Shown here: piece after piece, positions 11,390 through 21,307 of the stretch
How positions within the stretch are numbered: the first letter of the stretch is position 1
How the letters are laid out: every line of letters begins with the position of its first letter
Assembly (NCBI GenBank): GCA_040767605.1
Contig: JAXGOI010000001.1
Coordinates: 824,213-888,212, forward strand
Direction: 5' to 3'
DNA length: 64,000 nucleotides
Source: Clostridiales bacterium
GTDB lineage: Bacteria > Bacillota > Dehalobacteriia > UBA4068
The notes under the pieces: generated by a model
The model's database searches: none
Seen by the model: only the letters and a program-made list of their open reading frames with translations
What the model was told of the DNA's origin: nothing
Made by a program: the position numbers and the translations under genes

Positions 11390-12631
11390 TTAAGCAAAGG
11401 GCTTGGGGTATATAATATGCTCCTCTTTGGGGTTTAAACCGGCAAGATCCTTATCCTCATAAACTATGGCCCGCCCAATACAATTATAACCAAAGCGGCG
11501 GCGCAAATCATCAAGAACCCGGTTAAGGTTTTCTTCCTTTTCCCGCAGGGCAATATCATCAAAAAGGCTTAGCTGGCGGCAATCTTGGGGGGTTTCCAAA
11601 TCAATAGCCCTAAGGCCCAAACTTCTTAAGGGCTGCCGCCACTGATAGCTTTTATTAAATAAATCTAAAGCTTTTTTAGCCAAAACCCCGGAGCTGCAGC
11701 TGGGCCTGTTTAACTTAGCCTGACGCTCAAAGGAATATAAAAGCTTATCCCTAATTTGAATCTGAACTCCGTTACAGCTTAAATTTGCCCCCCGCAGGCG
11801 GGAGGCTACACTCTCCGCCAGAACATAAAAAATTATCCTCACATCCTCCGGGGTTTTTAAATCTCTGGGGGTGGTAATACTATTGCCGATGGATTTTATT
11901 TGCCTTTGAGAGAGGCTTTCCGCAACGGGGGTATTATCCTCCCCATTGGCAAAGCACCAAAGGGTTTCTCCGTTTTTACCTAAAAGTGAAACTAAAAGCT
12001 CCTTTGGGGTACGGGCTAGGGCGCCGATGGTTAAAATGCCGAGTTCGGCCAGGCGGGCTTCGGTGGCGGCCCCCACAAAAAGCAAAGACCTTACCGGCAA
12101 ATTCCAAACCAGGCTGCGGTAATTTTCCCGGCTTATTACGGTGGTGGCATCGGGTTTTTTATAATCGGAGCCCAGCTTGGCAAAAATTTTATTATAGCTA
12201 ACCCCTACGGAAAGGGTAATCCCCAGCTCCTGCCGGGTTTTAAAGCGGAGATTATCCGCAATTTGCCGGCCTTTTTCTAAATCTATTTTTTTGCCGCTTA
12301 TATCAAGCCAGGCCTCATCCAGCCCAAAAGGCTCCACAAAATTTGTATAGCTGTCAAAAATTTTCCTTACTTTGGCGGAAAAAAGCAAATATAAATCAAA
12401 GCGGGGGGGCACCACAATTAAAGCCGGGCATTTTCTTCTGGCCTGCCAAAGGGTTTCTCCCGTTTTTATGCCGAAGGATTTGGCAAGGTAATTTTTGGCC
12501 AAAACAATACCATGGCGCCTTTCCTCATTCCCCCCCACCGCCACCGGCTGCCCTTTAAGCTCCGGGCGCAGCAGGCACTCTACCGAGGCATAAAAATTAT
12601 TTAAATCTCCGTGTAAAATAACTCTTCCCAT
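11390..12631 (-). CDS. dinB: DNA polymerase IV (Y family)
   Basis: DLNNFYASVE, LDEAWLD, AKLGSDYKKPD; SOS box upstream. Confidence 0.93.
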   Translation of the reverse strand: MGRVILHGDLNNFYASVECLLRPELKGQPVAVGGNEERRHGIVLAKNYLAKSFGIKTGETLWQARRKCPALIVVPPRFDLYLLFSAKVRKIFDSYTNFVEPFGLDEAWLDISGKKIDLEKGRQIADNLRFKTRQELGITLSVGVSYNKIFAKLGSDYKKPDATTVISRENYRSLVWNLPVRSLLFVGAATEARLAELGILTIGALARTPKELLVSLLGKNGETLWCFANGEDNTPVAESLSQRQIKSIGNSITTPRDLKTPEDVRIIFYVLAESVASRLRGANLSCNGVQIQIRDKLLYSFERQAKLNRPSCSSGVLAKKALDLFNKSYQWRQPLRSLGLRAIDLETPQDCRQLSLFDDIALREKEENLNRVLDDLRRRFGYNCIGRAIVYEDKDLAGLNPKEEHIIYPKPFA

Positions 12632-12642
12632 TTTTAACTCCG

Positions 12643-12654
12643 GAACATATGTTC
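12643..12654. promoter_or_regulatory. LexA (Cheo) SOS box
   Basis: GAAC-ATAT-GTTC immediately upstream of dinB. Confidence 0.85.
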
Positions 12655-12702
12655 GATATATTTATTATACCCCGGGGCTCTTTTTTTTACAAGGGCCTAA
12701 TT

Positions 12703-12729
12703 AAAAAAGACGCTTAAAGCGTCTTTTTT
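12703..12729. terminator. Intrinsic terminator of msrAB
   Basis: AAAAAAGACGCT-taa-AGCGTCTTTTTT. Confidence 0.75.
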
Positions 12730-12760
12730 ATCTTTGTTTTTTTAGTTTTTATACTTCGCC

Positions 12761-13759
12761 TTAATCAATAAGGGGTAAAAACTGCCCATAGCCCCGGGCA
12801 GGCATTTCCTCTTTGGGAATAAAGGCCAGTGAGGCGCTGTTTATGCAATAGCGCAGGCCGCCCTCTTCTTTAGGCCCGTCTTTAAAAACATGGCCTAAAT
12901 GGATATCCCCCACCCGGCTTCTTACCTCGGTTCTTCTCATATTATAGGAATTATCCGGCAATTCCTTAATCACCCCGGGGTCTAAGGGCCTGGTAAAGCT
13001 GGGCCAGCCGCTGCCGGAATCAAATTTATCCCGGGAGGAAAAAAGCGGCTCCCCGCTGGTAATATCCGCATAAAGGCCGGGTTTTATATTATCCCAATAG
13101 GCATTTTTAAAGGGGGCCTCTGTGCCGCTTTCATAAATAACGGCATATACATCCGGCATAAGCCTAGCCTTCATCTCTTTCGGGCAGGGCTTATTATAAA
13201 GAAGAGGGTCCACTCTAAAGGCTGCGGCCTCAGCTATTTGAGATGGGCTTATATGGCAATAACCGCCGGGGTTCTTTTCCAGATAATCCTGATGATAATC
13301 TTCCGCGGGGAAATATTGCCGCAAGGGCAAAACCTCTGTTAAAATTGCCTTGCTGTATTTACTTTCCTCTTTTTTCAGGGCTTTTTCTATAATCGGTTTA
13401 TCTTTAGGGCAGGTATAATAAATTCCGCTTCTGTACTGGCTGCCTATATCATTCCCCTGGCGGTTTTTTAAGGTGGGGTTAATTATTTTTAAAAAATACT
13501 CCAGCAGGGTTTCCAAGCTAATATATTCCGGGGAGTATTTAACCCGCACCGCTTCCGCATGGCCGGTATTTAAATAGCAAACTTGCTCGTAGGTGGGGTT
13601 TTCTGTATTACCGTTGGCATAACCCGCCTGGGCGTCTAAAACTCCCCAAAGCTTTTTAAAATAATGCTCCACACCCCAAAAACAACCTCCGGCTAAATAA
13701 ATTTCCTTAACGGCGGTATTCTTAAAATCCGGCTTAAGGTTTTTATTATTTTCGGCCAT
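12761..13759 (-). CDS. msrAB: Bifunctional peptide methionine sulfoxide reductase MsrA/MsrB
   Basis: GGCFWG (MsrA); GWPSF, HLGHVF and RYCINS (MsrB). Confidence 0.96.
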   Translation of the reverse strand: MAENNKNLKPDFKNTAVKEIYLAGGCFWGVEHYFKKLWGVLDAQAGYANGNTENPTYEQVCYLNTGHAEAVRVKYSPEYISLETLLEYFLKIINPTLKNRQGNDIGSQYRSGIYYTCPKDKPIIEKALKKEESKYSKAILTEVLPLRQYFPAEDYHQDYLEKNPGGYCHISPSQIAEAAAFRVDPLLYNKPCPKEMKARLMPDVYAVIYESGTEAPFKNAYWDNIKPGLYADITSGEPLFSSRDKFDSGSGWPSFTRPLDPGVIKELPDNSYNMRRTEVRSRVGDIHLGHVFKDGPKEEGGLRYCINSASLAFIPKEEMPARGYGQFLPLID

Positions 13760-13808
13760 ATAATTCCCCCCTAATTTAAGAAATTTAAAAACCCGGCAAA
13801 TCTTAAAA

Positions 13809-14627
13809 CTAAAAAACTATTTTGCCTGTAACTATTATCCCTAAAAGAATAAATAAAATATACAATATTGGCTGATGAATTAAATAAAATAAAAGGGCGT
13901 GCCTGCCTACAAATAAAACCGGGCGCAAAAAGCTCCCTTGCCCCCGTTGAGGGAAATAGCTTTTTTTTGTGCGGTAAAATAAAGGCCCCAAGGCCGCCCC
14001 CATTAAAAAATAGCCCCCCCAGGGTAAAAAGGGGAAATAATCCGCAGAGTAAAAACCGCTGCCAAGGCCTAAAAAACCTAAAAAAGAATGGGAAATTTGC
14101 AGGGGGTAAAATTTAAAAGCCCAGCCTAAAGCCGCCAGGATTACCCCAAAAATTAAAACTACGCCGTTCCCAAACCGGCTAAGAGCCCAATAAAGCAAAA
14201 TAGCCAAAGAAAGCATATGTAATATGCCAAAACGAATGGTAAAAACATCCGCCTGGTCTAAAAATTTATCCATACCCCAGGTAAAAACGCTTAACAGCAG
14301 GGCAACCCCTGCAAGCCTAAGGCCCCTTTTAAGGTTGGAACTGCTTAAGGAGCAGCTTAAACCGCAAAGGCCGATGAAGAAAAAAAGAACAATACCTCTG
14401 GCAATAAAATGCAATAGGGATGGATAATAAAAATCTTTGGCAATACCCGCGGCCCAGTACCAAAAACCGCTCCCCGCCCCGCCGGCAAACCAGAGGCTTT
14501 TAAAAACATAGCCTAAATCATACATGGCATGGTCAAAAATCATTAAAATAACGCAAAGCCCCCGGATAAAATCTAATTCCCAAATTCTGCTTTTATAATT
14601 ATCTGCCCTTAAAATATTTGCCTTCAT
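13809..14627 (-). CDS. DUF1624 / heparan-alpha-glucosaminide N-acetyltransferase-like membrane protein
   Basis: [31 protein letters not shown]. Confidence 0.8.
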   Translation of the reverse strand: MKANILRADNYKSRIWELDFIRGLCVILMIFDHAMYDLGYVFKSLWFAGGAGSGFWYWAAGIAKDFYYPSLLHFIARGIVLFFFIGLCGLSCSLSSSNLKRGLRLAGVALLLSVFTWGMDKFLDQADVFTIRFGILHMLSLAILLYWALSRFGNGVVLIFGVILAALGWAFKFYPLQISHSFLGFLGLGSGFYSADYFPFLPWGGYFLMGAALGPLFYRTKKSYFPQRGQGSFLRPVLFVGRHALLFYLIHQPILYILFILLGIIVTGKIVF

Positions 14628-14894
14628 CTTCGCTTTATTTTGCCTTCCTTAAACAAATTATTTAAACAGCCTATTTAAACAAAGTTTTTAAAAACAAATT
14701 AAACAATTATTACTTTATTTTACCATAACTCCCGCCAGAAAACAGCAAAACCTTTTACCCTTCACCTGAAAAACCCCTATATAATAGGATTTTTTTTAAA
14801 AAAGCCCAAAATAAAAAGCAAGCCTTAGCCTGCTTTTTATTTTTCCCTAATATTTTAAATTTTTTATTCAGCCTTTTAAGGGCTTGGTTTTACC

Positions 14895-15422
14895 CTAAAG
14901 GGAAGCCTTTTCTTTTATATATTCTTCTATTTTAATTCCGTCTAAATATAGGCCGGAAATTACCGCATCCCCATTTTTAACTCTTACCGTAATATATGCG
15001 TTTTTACCGGCGTTTTCCCAATAGAGCCTTTCCGCCTCGGGGGCCGCTTTTTCTTCCATATAATAGCGGTCCAAAGGCAGGATAAATTCCCCATATTTAT
15101 AGCTGCCTTTAATATAAGGCTCATTTAAGGGTTTTTTAACGCTTATTCTTTCCACATAGGCAAAGCCCCTGGCATCTGTATTTAAAACCCCGTAAAGGCC
15201 ATGGCCGTTATCTTCTTTTACGGCCTCAGACAAAACATTTTGGTTTAAACCAATTGCCACATACCTGCCTCTAAAGGCATCATAGGGGTCTACCGGGGCT
15301 ACCTCAAGGCGAAATTCCTCTCCCCTATGCAAAGTATTAAAGCGGCCTGCCATTACAAATACCGGCAGGGCAATTTGAATTAAAATCATTAAAATAAGCC
15401 CCCAAAAAAGAAGTTTTTTCAT
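14895..15422 (-). CDS. GDYXXLXY-family membrane-anchored protein
   Basis: APVDPYDAFRGRY, RYYMEE; N-terminal TM; overlaps the stop of the DUF2157 gene. Confidence 0.8.
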   Translation of the reverse strand: MKKLLFWGLILMILIQIALPVFVMAGRFNTLHRGEEFRLEVAPVDPYDAFRGRYVAIGLNQNVLSEAVKEDNGHGLYGVLNTDARGFAYVERISVKKPLNEPYIKGSYKYGEFILPLDRYYMEEKAAPEAERLYWENAGKNAYITVRVKNGDAVISGLYLDGIKIEEYIKEKASL

Positions 15423-16726
15423 TTTGCCACCGCCTTTCTTCTTTTTATTAAATATAAATTAGCGCCTAAAAAGGCCGCCCCTAAAATTACAAAGGCAATC
15501 CCCCTGGCTAAAAAATCCATTTCCCAATCAAAAAAGCGCAATATTATTAAAAAACATAAGGCGGCCATGCCGGTATTGGTATAAAATAAATTAATTTCCT
15601 TAACCCCCCGCAGAATAATTAAAATGCTTAGGGCAAGAACCATGCCATTAACTAATAAAGCAAAGAAAAACCCTTCGGAAAGGCCTGAAAAATATTTTAT
15701 TAGAAGCAAAAAACCCAGAAGCAGCGGGCTTAGAGTAAAGGCGAGATTTAAAGGCTCTTTTTTAGAGGGGAGGAAAAGCCATAAGCCGCCACCCAGCATA
15801 GATAAAGCCAAAATAAGATTGGGAATATAAGCATAGTGTAAGCCCGTCTCCCCCAATTGCAAGCCTCCCCAGGAGCCAAAATAAGAATAAATATATAAAA
15901 GGGTAAATGCCCCCAAAGCTCCTACTATTTTAAGAGGATAATACCCTCCCCCATTCCCGTGGGAAGCAGCCCAGGCATAGATTAAAAAGAAATAAAAACA
16001 TAAAGCCGCGGCCAGGAGAATGCCCCCTAAAGGCATCAGGCTTATATTTAAAAATAGAACCGCAAAAAAACCTCCGAAAGCCGTAAGCCATAAAAGCAGC
16101 TGCCCCCTAACGCCCTCTCTTTTATTTTTTATTTTCTCCGCAATAAAGGGGGCCAATAAAGCCATAAATAAAATTAACCACCAGACGCGGTAATTCTCCC
16201 CCTCGTATATATAGGCGCCGGTATTTAAATCGGACCAGTTTAAAACAGCCCAGGTATAAATAAGGGCCGGGGCAACAGCATCTAAAATATAGATTACCGG
16301 CAGGCTTAAAAGCGCGCAAATTAAAATATAATTATCAAAAGCTGCGGATAAATGAAAAATCTGCCCGATTAAGGCCTGATTCCCAAAAACAGCCAGGGTA
16401 AGGAATACCGCCACCCCTTCCCGCCAGGCCAAAGAGGCCCGGCGCTTAAAGAAAACAAAAGCCGTAAGCCCCTGCCCCGCAAAAAGAGGCAGAAAAGAAA
16501 GGCCTACCCTGAAAAAAACAGGCAGCTCGTACCAGTTTTTAGCGAAGATTAAAATAATCCCCGCCCCCAGTAAAATTGCCCCGGCAATGGAAAATACCAA
16601 AAACAGTATATTGGGGTTTTCTTTATCCGGGTAAATGCTTTTAAGCCCAAGGCCCGCCTCCGGGGTAATCAGCCCCTGAGAGACCCAGGCATCAATCTCC
16701 TGCTTTAGCCATTTTTCTCTTTTCAT
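15419..16726 (-). CDS. DUF2157 membrane protein
   Basis: WVSQGLIT, GAGIILIFAKNW, LIGQIFH; many TM helices. Confidence 0.8.
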   Translation of the reverse strand: MKREKWLKQEIDAWVSQGLITPEAGLGLKSIYPDKENPNILFLVFSIAGAILLGAGIILIFAKNWYELPVFFRVGLSFLPLFAGQGLTAFVFFKRRASLAWREGVAVFLTLAVFGNQALIGQIFHLSAAFDNYILICALLSLPVIYILDAVAPALIYTWAVLNWSDLNTGAYIYEGENYRVWWLILFMALLAPFIAEKIKNKREGVRGQLLLWLTAFGGFFAVLFLNISLMPLGGILLAAALCFYFFLIYAWAASHGNGGGYYPLKIVGALGAFTLLYIYSYFGSWGGLQLGETGLHYAYIPNLILALSMLGGGLWLFLPSKKEPLNLAFTLSPLLLGFLLLIKYFSGLSEGFFFALLVNGMVLALSILIILRGVKEINLFYTNTGMAALCFLIILRFFDWEMDFLARGIAFVILGAAFLGANLYLIKRRKAVAK

Positions 16727-17068
16727 GCTTAGAATAACTCCTCCTTCCGATAATAAAAATTAAGCGGATATTTTTATTATACCTTAAAAAGCCGCTTTGC
16801 CATATATTTTTTACTTATTTTTTATTCCGCCCTTTAATTAATTTTATTTAGCCTATTAGGGCCCGGGCTAAACTTTTAGTCTGCGGCCTGTTTATACAGG
16901 CCTTATTTTTAAACACCGCCGTATACTAATTAAGGGGCTCTTTTAATTTTTTTATTTTGCTATTTGTTGCCCTATATATTTTCTCTATCCATTTTTTCTA
17001 TCTATTTTTTCTATATATTCAATATATCTTCCATTTTCAGCAAAATTGGCCTATAATTTAGACTAGGA

Positions 17069-17998
17069 TTGTTTTTCAGGGGGAAGATTATGGGGATTAG
17101 TATTGCCTTAATTGCAGCTATTTTAATTCTTAACCCTTTGGCGGCCATATGGCTGCTTTGGGATATGCGCAAACATAAAGAAGAAATGCAAAAAGAGCCG
17201 GGTAACCTTTGGGGGCAGCGGATATTTGCAGTTGCGGCCAGCTTTCTCAGCGCTTTTGGTATTTCGGATTATGCAATTGCCACCGTATTTTATAACAAAC
17301 TGGGCTGGGTGCCTACAAAAAAACTCCCCGGCACTTTAAATACCCAAACCATGATGCCGGTTGCCCTGATTTCTCTTGCTTATATTATCGGCACCGAGGC
17401 AGATATTATAACTTTAATCCCCTGTATGCTAATGCAGATAGCCGGGGGGATTTGCGGCTCCCGTTTTACGGCTAAAATGAATGCCCCCGCCATTAAAAAA
17501 GTTCTTTCCATCGGCTTATTTTTAGCCGGAGGCTTAATTTTGGCAAATAAATTCACCCTTATCTCTCTGGGTGGGGAGGCTTTAGGGCTGTACGGCTGGA
17601 GGCTGCCCCTGACGGCAGCAGTGATTTTTTTTATCGGCTTTGCCAAAAGCCTTGGTATAGGCTCTTACCCTCTTACAATAATTCTTGCCTTTTTCCTGGG
17701 GCTTCACCCTATTGTGGCCTATATACTTATGATGGGAGGCGGGGCATTATCCGGCCCTTTTGCCAGCTGGCAATTTCTTAAAATGCAAAATTACAGCCGC
17801 CGCCTTACCCTGTATTTTACTACTTACGGTTTAATCGGAGTTATTTTAGCGGTTTTTATTGTCCGCAGCCTGGATATTAACCTTCTTCAATGGGTAATGG
17901 CCGTTGTGGTTATTTGGGCCGCTTTAGATATGCTTTTAAGCTCATGGCGGCGGAATAAACCCGAAGAAGAAGGCCTTACGGGTAATAAAGAACAATAA
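17069..17998 (+). CDS. TSUP (TauE/SafE) family sulfur-compound transporter
   Basis: LPGTLN, LGIGSY, IMMG-like motif; multiple TM helices; start may be ATG 17090. Confidence 0.75.
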   Translation: MFFRGKIMGISIALIAAILILNPLAAIWLLWDMRKHKEEMQKEPGNLWGQRIFAVAASFLSAFGISDYAIATVFYNKLGWVPTKKLPGTLNTQTMMPVALISLAYIIGTEADIITLIPCMLMQIAGGICGSRFTAKMNAPAIKKVLSIGLFLAGGLILANKFTLISLGGEALGLYGWRLPLTAAVIFFIGFAKSLGIGSYPLTIILAFFLGLHPIVAYILMMGGGALSGPFASWQFLKMQNYSRRLTLYFTTYGLIGVILAVFIVRSLDINLLQWVMAVVVIWAALDMLLSSWRRNKPEEEGLTGNKEQ

Positions 17999-18102
17999 TA
18001 GTTTTCTCTTTAAGTCTGTACTAAGAGCTTAAAGCCCCGGCTCTAGAGGAGTAAATACTTGTAGTTTGTAAAATATTAGCCCGGCTTAATAAAACTGCTT
18101 TT

Positions 18103-18128
18103 AAAGCGCGTAAATACGCGCTTTTTTT
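18103..18128 (+). terminator. Intrinsic terminator
   Basis: AAAGCGCGT-aaat-ACGCGCTTTTTTT. Confidence 0.75.
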
Positions 18129-18298
18129 ATGGGTTTAAGCTATTCTAGCCTTCGGCAAATTAAGCATATGTTCATTATAAAGGGGGTTGTAATAAAAAAA
18201 TATATTCTGTTTGCCGTATAGGGCTAAAAGGCACAGTTCATGACATTCCCCTTGTATTCAAGCAGGGAATCTGCTAGTATAAATTAGGGAGGGGTATT

Positions 18299-19840
18299 AT
18301 GATTTTCTATGAAAAGCTGGATTTTCTGATGAATATAACTAAAACCACCAATAGCGAGCTTGCCCGCAAATTGGCATTAGACCCGTCTTATATAAGCAGG
18401 CTCCGCAGGGGAAAGCGCCTGCTCCCTAAAAACGAAAATCTAATTAAAGATATTGCAGACAGCCTTTCTCAGCGCTTTACTCAGGATTATCAAAAAAAAG
18501 CTTTAGCCGATACCATTGGGCTAAAAGGCCTGCCGGGGCAAATTAACCCCCTGGCTGAGGAAATAACCCTCTGGCTCCTCAGGGATGATACGGAAAGCCT
18601 TCATTATATTAAAGCCTTTTTAAATAAACTCTCCGGCACAAAAAGCAAAAGCCCCCTGCCTTTAAGGGGAGATTGCCAATTCCCCGTTACCGACCGGGCG
18701 GTTTCCATCTATTACGGAGTAGAGGGAAAGCGCCGGGCCGTGGAAGCCTTCCTTTGCGAGGTTGCAGCTAAAAAAAGCCCCCAAACCCTGCTTCTTTACA
18801 GTGATGAGGAAATTTCCTGGCTTACGGAGGATCCGGCCTTTTTAAAGCGCTGGTCTGAATTAATGTTTCTTATCCTTTCAAGAGGGAATAAAATTAAAAT
18901 TATCCATAATATAAGCCGGGATTTAGACGAAATGCTGGCGGCTATTATAAATTGGATGCCCCTGTATATGAGCGGCAATATTAAGCCTTCTTTTTACCCC
19001 AAAAAATTAGATTCCGTCTTTAAAAGAACTCTTTTTATTGCCCCGGAAACAGCGGCGATAATTTCCAACTCTCTTGATAATCAAATCTTAGTGGCGGCAA
19101 ATATTTTATATCGGGACCAAAATATTATTGCCACTTTTGCCGAAGAGTTTTTTAATTATTTGCAGCTTTGCCGGCCTCTTATGGAGATTTTTACCCTTAA
19201 AGATAAAAATGAATGCCTGCCTGCCATTATAAATTTTGAGCAAGAGCCATCGGATGTGATAATTAAGACGGAATCCCTCTCCTTACTTACCATGCCCCAA
19301 GAGCTGCTTGGCCCAATTATTCAGCCCCCGGGCCCCGGGTATCAGGGGCTGAGGCAATTTTATGAACAGCGGCATAAAAGATTTTTAGAGGATTTAAAAT
19401 TAAAGCGTTTTGATGAAATTATCTGCCTGCCCGATACTGAAGATATTATAAAGGGCAAGGTTAAAATGTCTATTTCCGATATTTTAAGCGGAAAACCCAT
19501 CTATTATAAGCCTGAAGAGTATATTGCTCATCTGGAGCAGATTATTTATCTCCTTGGCAATTACCCCAATTACCATATTTATTTTACACATAACCGGGAG
19601 GAAGGGCACCATACCGTTTATGTAAGAGAAAATACAGGTGTAATTGTTGCCAAAACATCCCAATCCCCTATTATTCTAGTTATGAACGAGAATAATTTGA
19701 CCATTGCTTTTGGAGATTTTTTAAAAAGCATGATTCATACCCGGGCTTATACAAAAAGGGAAAGATCAAAGGCTATTTCCCGGCTAAGAGAGTTTTTGCT
19801 TAAGCTTAAAAAAGCCTGTGATGAAGAAAAAACAGATTAA
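18299..19840 (+). CDS. Transcriptional regulator with N-terminal XRE-type HTH and a large C-terminal domain
   Basis: NSELARKLALDPSYISRLRRGKR HTH; GGAGG RBS. Confidence 0.75.
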   Translation: MIFYEKLDFLMNITKTTNSELARKLALDPSYISRLRRGKRLLPKNENLIKDIADSLSQRFTQDYQKKALADTIGLKGLPGQINPLAEEITLWLLRDDTESLHYIKAFLNKLSGTKSKSPLPLRGDCQFPVTDRAVSIYYGVEGKRRAVEAFLCEVAAKKSPQTLLLYSDEEISWLTEDPAFLKRWSELMFLILSRGNKIKIIHNISRDLDEMLAAIINWMPLYMSGNIKPSFYPKKLDSVFKRTLFIAPETAAIISNSLDNQILVAANILYRDQNIIATFAEEFFNYLQLCRPLMEIFTLKDKNECLPAIINFEQEPSDVIIKTESLSLLTMPQELLGPIIQPPGPGYQGLRQFYEQRHKRFLEDLKLKRFDEIICLPDTEDIIKGKVKMSISDILSGKPIYYKPEEYIAHLEQIIYLLGNYPNYHIYFTHNREEGHHTVYVRENTGVIVAKTSQSPIILVMNENNLTIAFGDFLKSMIHTRAYTKRERSKAISRLREFLLKLKKACDEEKTD

Positions 19841-19888
19841 AGCCGGCCCTCTGCCCGGCCCTCTGCCCGGGGCTTTGTCCGCAAAATA

Positions 19889-19926
19889 AAGACCGCATAA
19901 AGGCCTAAAACCTTTTATGCGGTCTT
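19889..19926. terminator. Bidirectional terminator
   Basis: AAGACCGCATAAAGG...CCTTTTATGCGGTCTT. Confidence 0.7.
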
Positions 19927-20046
19927 ATATTATATATTTCAAGCGGCCCTATATTTGCCTGCTATTTGCCTGCTATTTACCTGCTTTTTGCTGCCTTTGC
20001 AACTCGGTTAAAGCCCCTAATTAAAGTGCCGTTAATTAATTGGATA

Positions 20047-20619
20047 TTAATAGGCTTTCTTTTTCCAAAATTCTTCCTGTATGCGGGTTAAAGCCTCCCC
20101 AAAACGCTGAAAATGGTTAATTTCCCTTTGGCGCAAAAATGCAAGAGCATCATAGAGGCCGCTGTCATCCGTCATATCCATTAAATGATTATAGGTGGCT
20201 CTGGCTTTTTGCTCCGCCGCCATATTCTCCTGTAAATCGGCAATGGGGTCATCCTTTGCCTGAATATAGGTTACGGTAAAAGGGTTCCCTCCGGCATCCA
20301 CATAAAATAAAGCCTTGCCGTGATCGGCAAAATGCGCTGCCATTCCGGCCTCTTCCATTTGCTGAAGAGTGGCATTTCTGGTTAATTGATAAACCATAGC
20401 TCCTATCATTTCCATATGAGCCATTTCTTCAGTGCCTATATCCGTCAGCAGAGCCTTAGTGCGATTATCCGGCATGGTATATCTTTGATTCAAATAACGC
20501 AGGCTGGCGGCTAACTCACCGTCTGGTCCTCCATACTGGGTAATAATTAGCTTTGCCAGGCGGGGGTTTGTTGTTTGTACTTTAACGGGGTAAAGCAGCT
20601 TTTTTTCATAACTCCACAT
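20047..20619 (-). CDS. cotJC: Spore coat protein CotJC (manganese catalase family)
   Basis: MWSYEKKL, QYGGPDGEL, DIGTEEMAH, REINHFQRF. Confidence 0.95.
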   Translation of the reverse strand: MWSYEKKLLYPVKVQTTNPRLAKLIITQYGGPDGELAASLRYLNQRYTMPDNRTKALLTDIGTEEMAHMEMIGAMVYQLTRNATLQQMEEAGMAAHFADHGKALFYVDAGGNPFTVTYIQAKDDPIADLQENMAAEQKARATYNHLMDMTDDSGLYDALAFLRQREINHFQRFGEALTRIQEEFWKKKAY

Positions 20620-20634
20620 ATTTTATCCTCCTTT

Positions 20635-20922
20635 TTATTCATCCCATGGGAAGTTTTGCAAAGCCCAAAGCCATTCATCTCCGGGAGTTATGTCTGTTGC
20701 GCTTATAGGGCCGAACCTTTCAACATAGACGGCATGAACAGCCGCTCTTTGGCGGCTAATCTCCTTCATTGTGGCCAGAGCGGATTGATCCTGGGGGTGG
20801 CTGTCTAAATATTGCACCATATCCGTAGCTGCAAAATCCAGCTGCCAAAGCTCTTTTTTTAAAGCCTCCTTAGATGCCGTAGCCCAATTATCGCCGGCGG
20901 CGGTATTTATTATTTTCTCCAC
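20635..20922 (-). CDS. cotJB: Spore coat protein CotJB
   Basis: FAATDMVQYLDSHP, FGPI, WLW..FPW; directly upstream of cotJC. Confidence 0.88.
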   Translation of the reverse strand: MEKIINTAAGDNWATASKEALKKELWQLDFAATDMVQYLDSHPQDQSALATMKEISRQRAAVHAVYVERFGPISATDITPGDEWLWALQNFPWDE

Positions 20923-20937
20923 GGTTTTATCTCCTTT

Positions 20938-21132
20938 CTATCTTGTGCCCCTTTGGTTAAAGTTTTCATTCGGGCCGTAATCACCCTTGGGCATATTTAA
21001 AACCGGGAAAAGTGTTCCCGTCGCCAGGGCTGTTTCAAAATAATAAATTGTTTTGGCTATTTGAGGGGGCACAGTAGCATAGCCTACCCTCTCCGGCGCC
21101 AGGTTAGTGCTAAGTTCATTATTATCCGGCAT
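20938..21132 (-). CDS. cotJA: Spore coat protein CotJA
   Basis: GYATVPPQ, ALATGTLFPVL; ATG 21132 after a GAGGAGG RBS. Confidence 0.85.
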   Translation of the reverse strand: MPDNNELSTNLAPERVGYATVPPQIAKTIYYFETALATGTLFPVLNMPKGDYGPNENFNQRGTR

Positions 21133-21163
21133 ATTTATCCTCCTCAATGGTATTTATAAAATT

Positions 21164-21191
21164 ATTCTATGTTTTTATTAACTATTGGTGC
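21164..21191 (-). promoter_or_regulatory. Mother-cell (SigK/SigE-like) promoter of cotJ
   Basis: GCAC-N16-CATAGAAT. Confidence 0.55.
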
Positions 21192-21307
21192 TTGTATAAT
21201 GCCTTTGTTTTTTACAAGCCCTATAATATAGGCTAAAAAAAGAAAGGAGCCGAAAGCTCCCTTTTATTTTTGCTTATTAAATTATTTAAACCGGATAAAT
21301 TTTTTAA

